Shown one piece after another: positions 1 through 11,360 of a DNA stretch of 34,126 nucleotides. Every line of letters starts with the position of its first letter. Within the stretch, counting starts at the first letter, position 1. The position numbers were made by a program, and so were the translations under genes. Under the pieces are notes generated by a model that had not been told where the DNA came from, ran no database searches, and worked only from the letters and a program-made list of their open reading frames with translations. The stretch covers positions 38,526,617-38,560,742 of the forward strand of contig NC_068994.1 in assembly GCF_001194135.2 (NCBI RefSeq), given 5' to 3'. This DNA comes from Octopus bimaculoides. Its lineage: Eukaryota.

Positions 1-188
1 CATCAATGGAAATTTAAGAAAAGAAATATTCTATATATCATTGTTTGGGTAAGCTTAGAAAATTCGTTCTTTATGTTTAAAATTGAAATTGATAAAGTGT
101 ATTTATATATATTCTTATACTGGATTCAGTCTTTGGCACAATGTACAAAGGATCCAGTCAATCTGAAAGTATTTGAGGAATGACTTAC

Positions 189-2204
189 CTGTTGATGTGG
201 CCTTAAAACTGGATCATGCCATCTATCATATGATGTAGTTCTGTAGTGAATATCTTCTCTGTCTATGATTGGTTGTTGGGATTTCTTCAGATTTCTCTCC
301 ATTGTGTACTGAACTCCAGGAGGAACACAAGTAGGATCAAATATATATTTTGATTGNNNNNNNNNNNNNNNNNNNNNNNNNNNNNNNNNNNNNNNNNNNN
401 NNNNNNNNNNNNNNNNNNNNNNNNNNNNNNNNNNNNNNNNNNNNNNNNNNNNNNNNNNNNNNNNNNNNNNNNNNNNNNNNNNNNNNNNNNNNNNNNNNNN
501 NNNNNNNNNNNNNNNNNNNNNNNNNNNNNNNNNNNNNNNNNNNNNNNNNNNNNNNNNNNNNNNNNNNNNNNNNNNNNNNNNNNNNNNNNNNNNNNNNNNN
601 NNNNNNNNNNNNNNNNNNNNNNNNNNNNNNNNNNNNNNNNNNNNNNNNNNNNNNNNNNNNNNNNNNNNNNNNNNNNNNNNNNNNNNNNNNNNNNNNNNNN
701 NNNNNNNNNNNNNNNNNNNNNNNNNNNNNNNNNNNNNNNNNNNNNNNNNNNNNNNNNNNNNNNNNNNNNNNNNNNNNNNNNNNNNNNNNNNNNNNNNNNN
801 NNNNNNNNNNNNNNNNNNNNNNNNNNNNNNNNNNNNNNNNNNNNNNNNNNNNNNNNNNNNNNNNNNNNNNNNNNNNNNNNNNNNNNNNNNNNNNNNNNNN
901 NNNNNNNNNNNNNNNNNNNNNNNNNNNNNNNNNNNNNNNNNNNNNNNNNNNNNNNNNNNNNNNNNNNNNNNNNNNNNNNNNNNNNNNNNNNNNNNNNNNN
1001 NNNNNNNNNNNNNNNNNNNNNNNNNNNNNNNNNNNNNNNNNNNNNNNNNNNNNNNNNNNNNNNNNNNNNNNNNNNNNNNNNNNNNNNNNNNNNNNNNNNN
1101 NNNNNNNNNNNNNNNNNNNNNNNNNNNNNNNNNNNNNNNNNNNNNNNNNNNNNNNNNNNNNNNNNNNNNNNNNNNNNNNNNNNNGATATCTGAAATGGTA
1201 GAATATCTTTTCCAATAGTCAACAAAGAATAGGTTAATTGTCCTCCATCTCCAATATCTGGGTCTGTAGCATTGACTTGTCCAACAGGGAAGTCTTTGTG
1301 TTCATTTTCATAGGTGAGAAACTTAAATATGTCCTGACTAAACTGAGGTTGTATGTCATTTATGTCAGTAACCAACATTGAAAACTGTTTCTGTACTTTC
1401 AATGGAGGTAAACCATTATCTTGACATTTAATGGTGAAATTAAATCTCTTCTCACTCTCTCTGTCTATTTCACTCTTGACAATAACTTTGTATTTCTTTT
1501 CAGAAATTGAGATTAGCTGAAGGTATCTATTTTGTAAATGACATTTCACTTGTCCATTTACTCCACTGTCATTGTCAATAACTTTGACATACGCAACAAA
1601 GCTGTGAATTTTAGTTGCTTCTGAGATGACAGCTGTGTTTCCAGTTGAATCTAAGACAAACTTGAAGTCAATATTTGGTGGATTGTTTAAGTAACTGATT
1701 CCATTTATTAGAACAGTGACAGTTGAGGACATAGGTGGCTTACCATTATCTGTGGCTTTTACAAATATTTTATAGGATTTTCCAAACTGAAATTCTGTTG
1801 TTAGAAATAGTTCTCCAGTTTGCCTATTCAGTTGAAAGCATTCTTTTATTTTACTTGGTGTCTTAGTACTTAAGCTATAGGAAATTCTTCCATTTTCTCT
1901 TTCATCCAAGTCTGTAGCAGACAGTCTTAAAATAGGTTTGTTTATCTGGTGTGTGTCATTTGCAGTGACATTGTAAATATGGTGAGAGAACACGGGGGAG
2001 TTATCATTTTCATCTTGCACTGATATTTCTAAATTTAGTACACCTTTCTTTGTTGGAGTACCCCCATCTATGGCAATTAACTGAATGTTGTAAATGTTTT
2101 GTGTTTCACGGTCCAAGTTACCATCTATAAGCAGTTGTAACAAATCACTTCCATCCAATTTCTTAGATACAAACAATTGGAATGGAACATCTTCATCCTC
2201 TTTG
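189..2204 (-). CDS. Protocadherin A, large coding exon 1 (partial: end of EC2, EC3, EC4, start of EC5, then proximal cytoplasmic segment); 5' part in gap 2205-3071, middle in gap 357-1184, exons 2-3 beyond the window edge
   Basis: Cadherin motifs LDRE, AIDGG, DENDNSPVF, ATDLDE, DINDIQPQF, ATDPD. Bases 356-189 translate as QSKYIFDPTCVPPGVQYTMERNLKKSQQPIIDREDIHYRTTSYDRWHDPVLRPHQQ (homologous to B and C) and end at a phase-0 donor CAG|GTAAGT (GT at 188-187). The NQNIYL... tail in the ORF track is a wrong-frame reading across the gap. Confidence 0.93.
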
Positions 2205-3071
2205 NNNNNNNNNNNNNNNNNNNNNNNNNNNNNNNNNNNNNNNNNNNNNNNNNNNNNNNNNNNNNNNNNNNNNNNNNNNNNNNNNNNNNNNNNNNNNNNN
2301 NNNNNNNNNNNNNNNNNNNNNNNNNNNNNNNNNNNNNNNNNNNNNNNNNNNNNNNNNNNNNNNNNNNNNNNNNNNNNNNNNNNNNNNNNNNNNNNNNNNN
2401 NNNNNNNNNNNNNNNNNNNNNNNNNNNNNNNNNNNNNNNNNNNNNNNNNNNNNNNNNNNNNNNNNNNNNNNNNNNNNNNNNNNNNNNNNNNNNNNNNNNN
2501 NNNNNNNNNNNNNNNNNNNNNNNNNNNNNNNNNNNNNNNNNNNNNNNNNNNNNNNNNNNNNNNNNNNNNNNNNNNNNNNNNNNNNNNNNNNNNNNNNNNN
2601 NNNNNNNNNNNNNNNNNNNNNNNNNNNNNNNNNNNNNNNNNNNNNNNNNNNNNNNNNNNNNNNNNNNNNNNNNNNNNNNNNNNNNNNNNNNNNNNNNNNN
2701 NNNNNNNNNNNNNNNNNNNNNNNNNNNNNNNNNNNNNNNNNNNNNNNNNNNNNNNNNNNNNNNNNNNNNNNNNNNNNNNNNNNNNNNNNNNNNNNNNNNN
2801 NNNNNNNNNNNNNNNNNNNNNNNNNNNNNNNNNNNNNNNNNNNNNNNNNNNNNNNNNNNNNNNNNNNNNNNNNNNNNNNNNNNNNNNNNNNNNNNNNNNN
2901 NNNNNNNNNNNNNNNNNNNNNNNNNNNNNNNNNNNNNNNNNNNNNNNNNNNNNNNNNNNNNNNNNNNNNNNNNNNNNNNNNNNNNNNNNNNNNNNNNNNN
3001 NNNNNNNNNNNNNNNNNNNNNNNNNNNNNNNNNNNNNNNNNNNNNNNNNNNNNNNNNNNNNNNNNNNNNNN

Positions 3072-3934
3072 CCAATCTAAAAGAGACATTAAGAGTTGCA
3101 ACTAATTGATGTGTAACACCAGACAAGCAGACCAAATGAAAGGCAATCAAACTAAGAACTTCATATTCTTTTAAAAATATTCCATGCCAGCATGGAAAAA
3201 TAGACGTTCAATGCTGAAGATGATTTATTGAATACCATAAGATGCAGTATTTCTAATCTGAAGCGTGTGATTTGATAGATACTTGGTTGCTATTTCTAGC
3301 AAGTCCAAGAATTCATTAAGAGTATTAATTTATTTAGAGTAACCTCCCTTACTTTCAAAACTACTTCATGATCCAATTTCTCAGATATTGAATCTAACAA
3401 TCTTGGGAAAACAAGATACTCAAATATTTTACAATATAAAGTAAAAACTTGATAAACTNNNNNNNNNNGAACAAGAGGTATTTCATCACCGTTGCCCTCT
3501 TGTTAACAGCTTTATCAAGTTACTTATACAGACTTACATTTTCTACACATACTTGGTAGCTCAATTAAATAAATTATTGAAACATTACCAATCTAAAAGA
3601 GACATTAAGAGTTGCAACTAATTGATGTGTAACACCAGACAAGCAGACCAAATGAAAGGCAATCAAACTAAGAACTTCATATTCTTTTAAAAATATTCCA
3701 TGCCAGCATGGAAAAATAGNNNNNNNNNNNNNNNNNNNNNNNNNNNNNNNNNNNNNNNNNNNNNNNNNNNNNNNNNNNNNNNNNNNNNNCATTAAGAGTA
3801 TTAATTTATTTAGAGTAACCTCCCTTACTTTCAAAACTACTTCATGATCCAATTTCTCAGATATTGAATCTAACAATCTTGGGAAAACAAGATACTCAAA
3901 TATTTTACAATATAAAGTAAAAACTTGATAAACT
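3072..3934. repeat. Identical direct duplication (3072-3458 and 3588-3934) bounded by N gaps; probable assembly artefact
   Basis: 3072-3202 equals 3588-3719 and 3315-3458 equals 3790-3934; gaps at 3459-3468 and 3720-3789. Confidence 0.85.
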
Positions 3935-4294
3935 ACTCAATTAACATTAACTAAAACAATTATCATCAGTACATCCCGTCTGTTACATCCTGATCTATCA
4001 ACTAATCCTATACTAAATGATTAAATTGACAATATTGCAAAAAGAGAGAAAATATATATTTTTAAAGAATGTAATTATTAAAATAATACTAAATTCTGTT
4101 TATGAAACTTCCATCTCAAGTATTTATTGAAAATATATATAAAATGTATATAGAAAATGACATTGCTGTACAGGAAGTAATTAACTATCTGATTTTCCTA
4201 TGGGTGTAGTTTTAGCAAGATGGTAGTTAATGGGAAGTGAAATGATCAAACATCAACAAAAACAATTTATACATCAGAATAACTTTTAATAAAT

Positions 4295-4303
4295 ACTTAC
4301 CAA
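4295..4303 (-). promoter_or_regulatory. Predicted splice donor of a non-coding 5'-UTR exon of Pcdh A (TTG|GTAAGT)
   Basis: Strong donor consensus just downstream of the conserved upstream block; homologous site in B at 11361-11369; B and D coding exons are preceded by acceptors. Confidence 0.55.
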
Positions 4304-4435
4304 CAGTTGTCAGTCGTTTATGCAGTTGTTACTGTATTGTTTCAGTCTTCTGGTAACAAAGTTATAGTACTAGCAGAAGTTTTGAGTAGTTTGGTATGTA
4401 ACAGTGTTATGTAGTTCTATCAAGTTGGTTGTGTT

Positions 4436-4602
4436 GTATGTAATGTGTGTTGTAGCCAATGACAAGCTGTCTATTATTCCAGTGCAAGGAAACGGAAATA
4501 CAACCTCCAGTTCTTGCAGTAAATGATGGGCTGACTCACAAAATATTTCACTTAGACACACTCATATATAGATACATACATATACATGTGTGTGGTGAGA
4601 AG
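4436..4602 (-). promoter_or_regulatory. Conserved upstream element of Pcdh A (candidate promoter/TSS region)
   Basis: 166/167 identical to 11506-11672; contains CCAAT, an ETS-like ACGGAAAT and an AP-1 TGACTCA; lies upstream of the predicted 5'-UTR donor. Confidence 0.55.
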
Positions 4603-5422
4603 GTACCCAACTAAATGGATGGAAATATTAATAAGGTTTAAAGCAATGAAAACTAAAAATATCATATTTTAAAAATATATCATATTTAATTTTACGGTAG
4701 AAAAATTATTTTCTAACTTCAGTCAAAATTGCAAAACTTTTTATCTTACATTTCCGTCTGGTTCTATAAAACTTTTTGCTTGAAACACCCTTAATAAATG
4801 TTATTAAATAATATTTTTAGAAGTTAATTTCATTATAAAATTGTTGAAATCATTTAAAAATACGAAATTATGGCTCCAAATAATTGTGTTGAATAATGAT
4901 TGCAATATGGTTTGTTCTTACAAGCATTCCTATTACAGAACTAATACTTTTAAAATGGAAATACAAATTTGTAAATTTCACAATCGAAACTTAACAAAAA
5001 TTTTTATTAAAACTGAAGCCTATTCATTAAATGTAGTTGCAAATGGAGTTCCTTTCTGATATATATATGCCATGTATCTAATTTTCTTTTTCTTTGTTTC
5101 CTTTTTTTTGCCCACCTTTTTGGAAAGCTGATCAATAATGCATATTTTTTATATTGCTTTGAAATGGTAATCTAATGCTGAAAATTTAGAAACAGAGTAA
5201 AGTATTTTGTATACTTTGACTACATAACAAAAATACTTTTAAGGAGAAGCAATATTGCTTTTCCAGGGCTTAAATAAAACTGTTTCTTTTTAAGTTAGGT
5301 TAACTGCTGAAATTATGCTATCTTCAGTAGTTTTTATAAGAAAATGTCCAGAAACTATAATGGAGAATTGTGTTATATATTTTTGTATGGCTTTCCTATG
5401 TATATATATCCAGATATCTTCA

Positions 5423-5456
<34 letters not shown>

Positions 5457-5761
5457 TAGAATATGTTAAATGATGATGATGATATATATATCCTGACAGT
5501 TTCAGTAATATACATGGTTATAAGTTTCTCAGCAAAAACTTTGGTAGATATCAACTGCTAGTTTGTGAGAATATTTCATTCTTAACTCTTCCAGTCATTC
5601 AAAATATCTTGATAATTCTGTCATATTTTCTTTTGGTGATTCTTTACTTTGATTAAAGACTAAATAAGATAAAAATTTATCAATTTTGGTGAAAATTTAT
5701 CATAAATTTATAACTAAGGAATGTTATGACAATGTCATATAATTTCTTGATCAAATATTAA

Positions 5762-5923
5762 TATTCTTTTCTACTCTAGACATAAGGCCTGAAATTTTGT
5801 GGGAGGGGGCCAGTCAATTAGATTGATCTCAGTCAATTTATCAACCCCAAAAAGATGAAAGCCAAAGTCGACCTCAGAGGAATTTGAAATCAGAACGTAA
5901 AGACAGACGAAATAGCACCAAGC
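5762..5923 (-). mobile_element. SINE fragment (same family as 16690-16925 and 24355-24825)
   Basis: Core GATGAAAGCCAAAGTCGACCTC...GAATTTGAAATCAGAACGTAAAGAC is the reverse complement of the bodies of the two plus-strand copies. Confidence 0.75.
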
Positions 5924-6196
5924 AATTATAATTACTTTTCATACTTCCATTCAGATATTTGTAGTAATATACAAGCTCTACTTTTATATAAGATAAAATT
6001 ATTTTTGATATTGTCTGTATTAAGAGGAAGTAAAATTATGTAAGCTGATAAAGAAGACTGGCAAATAATTGGCTTAGTCATCTGTGGTAGAATATGATTT
6101 GAAATTAGTACACAAATATAAAATACTGTCAGGATTTTAGGCAGTCATTGTTCTAGTTCTGCAGCTGCCTGTCGTTGGTTTCTAAATATTGCTGCA

Positions 6197-6519
6197 TTAG
6201 TTTTGTGGTGTTGATAGAGGTGGTACTTGAGGTATTGAAGGTACCTTTGGTAATGTTGTTACCTTAGGTACAGCTGGTAGAGGTGGTTTACAGTTTGAAA
6301 TAAAGGCACTTTTCATTGGCACCATAGATGATTGTTCAGTTGTATTAGATGTGGTCCCAGCTATAGTCAATGGTATGTGGTCGAGATGACAAGAAGAGTT
6401 CTTGTCAACATTTGGTTGATAGTGATATCCATTGTTGTTATCTCCCCTTGATCTGTCGAGCGTGTGTTGAGGGTGATTTCTTCTATTCCATGTACGATCA
6501 CTTTGATAACGACATAGAT
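6197..6519 (-). CDS. Protocadherin B coding exon 3 (distal Pro-rich cytoplasmic tail, (D)LCRYQSDRTWNRR...KPPLPAVPKVTTLPKVPSIPQVPPLSTPQN*)
   Basis: Acceptor TACTTTCAG at 6521-6520, phase 1, joins exon 2 in frame (G+AT = Asp); open to TAA at 6197; paralogous exon at 12720-13026. Confidence 0.85.
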
Positions 6520-6654
6520 CTGAAAGTATATCGATGTGTTGGCTGTTTTTTTTTTTAATATTCATGCATGATGAATAAAAGTAAACTGTTTTAAACAGGT
6601 TTATAGCAATGAAAAATCAAAACATTAGTATATTTTAACAAATAAATAAGTAAT

Positions 6655-6920
6655 GTCCCAGCTACCCTGTCTAGAGTGAGCACCATGCACTGTGATAGCT
6701 TGGGATTCAAGGGTCCACAGCTATTTAATGCCTTGTCCAAACATCTCAGGGATCTTCATGGAGTAGAGTAGATGTTTTCCAGAAATAAATTGACCTCTTG
6801 TCCCAGATGAAACTTTATTATGGCAGGAAACTCAATCACTAAAAGCCTATCATGTAAGATAGGCCATTGAAAACATGATTTCAGCCTTAACACAGAATCG
6901 TATAAATAAATAAATAAAGT
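6655..6920 (+). mobile_element. Degenerate 3' end of a CR1/L2-like LINE in Pcdh B intron 2
   Basis: Translates as ...DSLGFKGPQLFNALSKHLRDLHGV*, then in a shifted frame VDVF...VPDE, resembling CR1-type ORF2 C-termini; (TAAA)n tail at about 6902-6917. Confidence 0.55.
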
Positions 6921-7224
6921 CCCGTTCAGATATGTACAAGCTATACAAAGACAAAATTTGCTTTCACTTTTATGGTAAAGGCTCTAGCATGGCTGTGTTA
7001 TGAAGAATTTCACTTCTCAACCACATGATTATAGGTTTAGTTCTCTACTGCTGTCTCAGACAAGTCAAATTCTTTTGAACGATAGTACAAACAGAAAAAT
7101 GGGAGGCATACAGTCAATTTTCTGATAGTATTTATCATTCAAAAGTAATAATTGTGTGCTTGTCTCCTGCTATTGATAGTTGTCAGCGAGCATTGGCATC
7201 ACACATGCTGTAGCATTCATTTCT

Positions 7225-7403
7225 AAGTTTTCATGAAAGCATGTCCAGCAAATGGGAAAATATTATCTTGCTTGGAAATAGTTGAGGGCTGGTGACAAGA
7301 AGGCAAACACGGCCACGAAATATCTGCCTCAAATAATTCTTTTCAACCCATGTTAGTATTCCAAAGTAGATGTCAAAATGATGATGATGATGATGATGAT
7401 GAT
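7225..7403 (+). mobile_element. 3' end of an RTE-like retroelement with (GAT)n tail
   Basis: (ATG)n tail at 7378-7402; its reverse complement resembles the RTE 3' ends at 23460 and 32738. Confidence 0.55.
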
Positions 7404-7468
7404 AACTAAATATAGACCAACAGATTATCATACTATATTGCAGAAATATTCATTTTTTTCTAAGTTAC

Positions 7469-7619
7469 CTGGCAGTTCCTCATAGTGTCCAGCACTGCCG
7501 ACACTCCATCCATGACCTCTATCTGTGCGAGATGACAATGTTGACATCTCACTGAATTGGTCAGTACTGTTTAGTTCTCTGTAACCTGGAGACATGCTTT
7601 CTTCTCTTGGAACAAATAT
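7469..7619 (-). CDS. Protocadherin B coding exon 2 (IFVPREESMSPGYRELNSTDQFSEMSTLSSRTDRGHGWSVGSAGHYEELP)
   Basis: 151 nt, acceptor TTTGTATTTAG (7621-7620, phase 0), donor CAG|GTAACT (7468-7467, phase 1), no stops, in frame with both neighbouring exons. Confidence 0.88.
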
Positions 7620-7939
7620 CTAAATACAAATATATAGATTCAATGTATCATCATAATGTTAAGGGCATTCCAAAAATATATATACATAGAAATACATCCA
7701 CCTGTCCTACATATCTACATATACACACTAAGTCACTAAGTATGACCATACTTAGAAAGTTTTACTTGTAAATAGAATTTGCAGTCAAACAAGAAATAAT
7801 ATAATTTGCAATAATAGCTAGAAATAAAAGATCCATGAATTTAAAGAAATCGTATTTAATAAGAAATACCAGAACAAAATATTACTCTGCAAACGACTTA
7901 TGATCAACTATTCAAACAACTGGTAATTAACTGTCTTAC

Positions 7940-10165
7940 CTGTTGATGTAGTTCAGTGAAAGCTGGGTTACCCCATCTATCATATGATATAGTTCTGCAG
8001 TGAATATCATCTCTGTCTACCATTGGTTGATGAGATTTCTCCACATTTCTCTCCATTGTGTACTGAACTTCAGGAGGAACACAAGTAGGATCAAATATAT
8101 ATTTTGATTGGATGTTTAANNNNNNNNNNNNNNNNNNNNNNNNNNNNNNNNNNNNNNNNNNNNNNNNNNNNNNNNNNNNNNNNNNNNNNNNNNNNNNNNN
8201 NNNNNNNNNNNNNNNNNNNNNNNNNNNNNNNNNNNNNNNNNNNNNNNNNNNNNNNNNNNNNNNNNNNNNNNNNNNNNNNNNNNNNNNNNNNNNNNNNNNN
8301 NNNNTGATGGTTCATTTGAAATAAGTGTTTCTCATTACCTCTGAGTATTTCATATGTGAGGAAGGCATTGTGTTGACTGTCTCTGTCAGAGGCCCTAACA
8401 ATTGTGATATCATGGTCAGAGTGGGGATGGTAGTGGACATTAAGACTGAAAGGGTCAACATTAGGGAAACTGAAATAGGGAGCATTATCATTTAAATCCA
8501 TAACCTCAACAACAACATTTGCTGTGTTCTCCAGTGATGGTGTTCCTTTATCTTTTACTAAAACCTTAAACTCATACATGTTCTTTTCTTCTCTGTCTAG
8601 TGACTCAGTTGTGGAAATAAATCCCACATCAGATATCTGAAATGGTAGAATATCTTTATCATTAGTCAACAAAGAATAGATTAATTGTCCTCCATCTCCA
8701 ATATCTGGGTCTGTAGCATTGACATATCCCACAGGGAAGTCTTTGTGTTCATTTTCATAGGTGAGAAACTTAAATATGTCCTGACTAAACTGAGGTTGTA
8801 TGTCATTTATGTCAGTAACCAGTATAGAAAACTGTTTCTCTACTGTCAATGGGGGTAAACCATTATCTTGACATTTAATGGTGAAATTAAAGCTCTTCTC
8901 ACTCTCTCTATCTATTTCACTCTTGACAATAACTTTGTATTTTTTTTCAGACATTGAGATAAGCTGCAGGTACTTATTTTGTAAATGACACTTCACTTGT
9001 CCATTTACTCCACTGTCATTGTCAGTTACTTTGACATACGCGACAAAGCTCTGAATATGAGTTGCTTCTGAGATGACAGCTGTTTTCCCAGTTGACTTAA
9101 TGACAAATCTGAAGTCAATATTTGGTGGATTGTTAAGATGAGTGATTCCATTTATAAGAACAGTGACAGTTGAGGACATAGGTGGTTTACCATTATCTGT
9201 GGCTTTAACAAACACTTTATAGAATCTTCCAAACTGAAATTCTGTTGTTACAAATAGTTCTCCAGTTACTTTATTCAACCGAAAGCATTCTTTTATCTTA
9301 TTAGGTGTTTTAGTACTAAAAGAATAAGAAATTCTTTGATTCTCTCCTACATCTGAATCTGTTGCAGACAGTCTTAGAACAGGTATGTTTATCTGGTGTG
9401 TATCATTGATAGTGATGTTATAGATATTCTGTGAAAACAGTGGAGAGTTATCATTTTCATCTTGCACCAATATTTCTATATATTTTGTACACCTTCTTTT
9501 TGTGGTGATCCTCCATCTCTTGCAATCAACTGTATATTATAAATGTCTTTTTTCTCACGATCTAATGTACCTTTTAAAATTAGTTGTAATAAATCATTCC
9601 CATCAGAATTATTAGATATAAACAATCGAAATGGGATATCTTCACTATCATAGAGTCGATAAATCAGTTTAGAATTTTGAATACTAACGTCATTATCAAT
9701 GGCATTTGGAATAATCCTTTTTGAACCTAATAGACTTTCCTGTAACTCTATTTGAAATACCTTGTCTGGAAACATAGGATAATTATCATTGATATCGTCT
9801 ATTATAATTTTGACTTCTAATATCTTGATAACAGAATGGCCATGTTGAACTGCTACTTCTAAAATCCTGAAACATTCCACATTATATTGGCACAGAGTTT
9901 CTGCATCCAATATGGTAGCTGTATACAAGTGTCCTCCAGGTGTAACATTAAATAACTGAACAGTTCCATCAGTACTATCCTGGATTACATTAAATATTAG
10001 TCTGCTGCTATCATCCTGAGATGGTACAGTATTCAGCAGTAGTGTATCAGTGGCAATATCTCCAATATAGCTGTGTCTATCATTGTTCTCTTTCACATGG
10101 TAGATATGATCTACACACCAGCAACTTCCAGAAAGAAACAACACCAACAATACAACTGGACACAT
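7940..10165 (-). pseudogene. Protocadherin B large coding exon 1 (signal peptide, EC1-EC6, TM in gap 8120-8304, proximal tail) with a +2 frameshift at about 9480; pseudogene, null allele or consensus error
   Basis: ORFs 10165-9476 and 9470-8305 are consecutive parts of one protocadherin; against A (GTA CTA AAT TTA GAA ATA TCA GTG) B reads GTA CAA AAT AT ATA GAA ATA TTG GTG. Acceptor TATTTCAG at 10174-10173 precedes the ATG; phase-0 donor CAG|GTAAGA at 7939. Confidence 0.85.
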
Positions 10166-10338
10166 TTTCTATCTGAAATAGAGTTATATATCAATATTCA
10201 TAATTCAAGATTTAATAAATGCAGAGAAAATATGACTGAAAATTTTGCTACATACGTAGATATTTATGAAATCTGAAATCTGTACATATCAGTGTTGTCT
10301 TTAATATGTTTGATGTAAGTGAATTATATTTAGCTGTA

Positions 10339-10475
10339 GTGGAGGCGCAATGACTCAGTGGTTAGGGCAGTGGACTCGCGGTCATAGGATCGCGGTTTCG
10401 TTTCCCAGACTGGACGTTGTGAGTGTTTATTGAGTGAAAACACCTAAAGCTCCATGAGGCTCCGGCATGGGATGG
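10339..10475 (+). mobile_element. tRNA-derived SINE head in the 5'-UTR intron of Pcdh B
   Basis: Pol III A-box-like TGACTCAGTGG (10351-10361) and B-box-like GGTTTCGTTTCCC (about 10394-10406); GC/CpG-rich island in AT-rich DNA; does not close as a full tRNA. Confidence 0.75.
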
Positions 10476-11360
10476 TGAATTTCAGGGAGCATGGAGGATT
10501 TCCACCTCCCAGGATGCCAATTATTTCATTTTCTCTATCTCTTACACAATTACTGCCATTTTCAAATAGAGAAATATCACTGCTAGGCATCGACTGGTGA
10601 CAAAATCTCATGTTTAAAACAACAATTTCATATATACCAGCCCTTGTATCAACTCCCCAATATTACATATTAAAACTTCTCCCTGATATTACATTTCTAA
10701 ACATGCAGAGATATTAAGAGTTTCTATATTGATGTGTAACACTAGACCAGCTCTGACCAAATAGAAGTATTTTGAAAGGCATGCTGTATTTCTTAACTGA
10801 AGGGTGTGAGTTGTGGGATATTTGGCTGCTATTTCTAGCAAGTCCAACAACTGCGTAGAATTTCCTTCGACGAATCTTTGGGAGTAATCTCCCTTTCTTT
10901 CAAAACTACATCATTATTCAATTTCTTAAATGTAGAATCTAAACTATCAGATGAAAACAGAATACTCCTTATTTTGCAATATAAAATAAAAACTTCATAA
11001 ACCCTTACACTAATATAAAATAATATTGGTATTGTCAGTATATATTTATCAACAGTAACTGATATTATGGCTATAGATGACTAGACTGAGAATTTTGTAA
11101 AAAGAGAGAAAACAATATATTTTTAAAGAATGTAAATGTTAAAATAATGTTGAATTGTATTTGTATTTTGCTGATAATTCTGCCTTAAGTATTTGTTGAA
11201 AATATTTTATCAATAATTAACTAAAGGTTTTTAAAAAATAACATTGTTGTACAGGAAGTAATTATGTTTCATATTGGTGTAGTATTAAGATGGTGAGGGA
11301 GAGAGAAATGAACAAATGTCTAAAGAATCAAATTATACATCAAAATAACTTTGAATGAAT

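Noticed and set aside
337-3150. Long ORFs made mostly of X (also at 13060-14220, 17344-18157, 28529-29221, 32137-32850)
   Set aside because: They are artefacts of N runs lacking stop codons plus flanking microsatellites.
3072-3934. Apparent local tandem duplication upstream of Pcdh A
   Set aside because: Copies are identical, bounded by Ns, and the homologous region upstream of B (about 10710-11000) is single; most likely an unmerged contig overlap or haplotype.
4370-4561. 63-aa minus-strand ORF overlapping the conserved upstream block
   Set aside because: No recognisable domain; conservation covers silent positions and extends into the microsatellite-like end, fitting a regulatory or conversion explanation better.
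9476-9478. Rescue of the Pcdh B TAG by A-to-I editing (TAG to TGG), given heavy recoding in coleoids
   Set aside because: Editing cannot correct the +2 frameshift; read-through would continue in the wrong frame.
10339-10420. Possible tRNA gene
   Set aside because: A/B boxes are present but there is no closing acceptor stem and it continues into a SINE-like body; called a SINE head.
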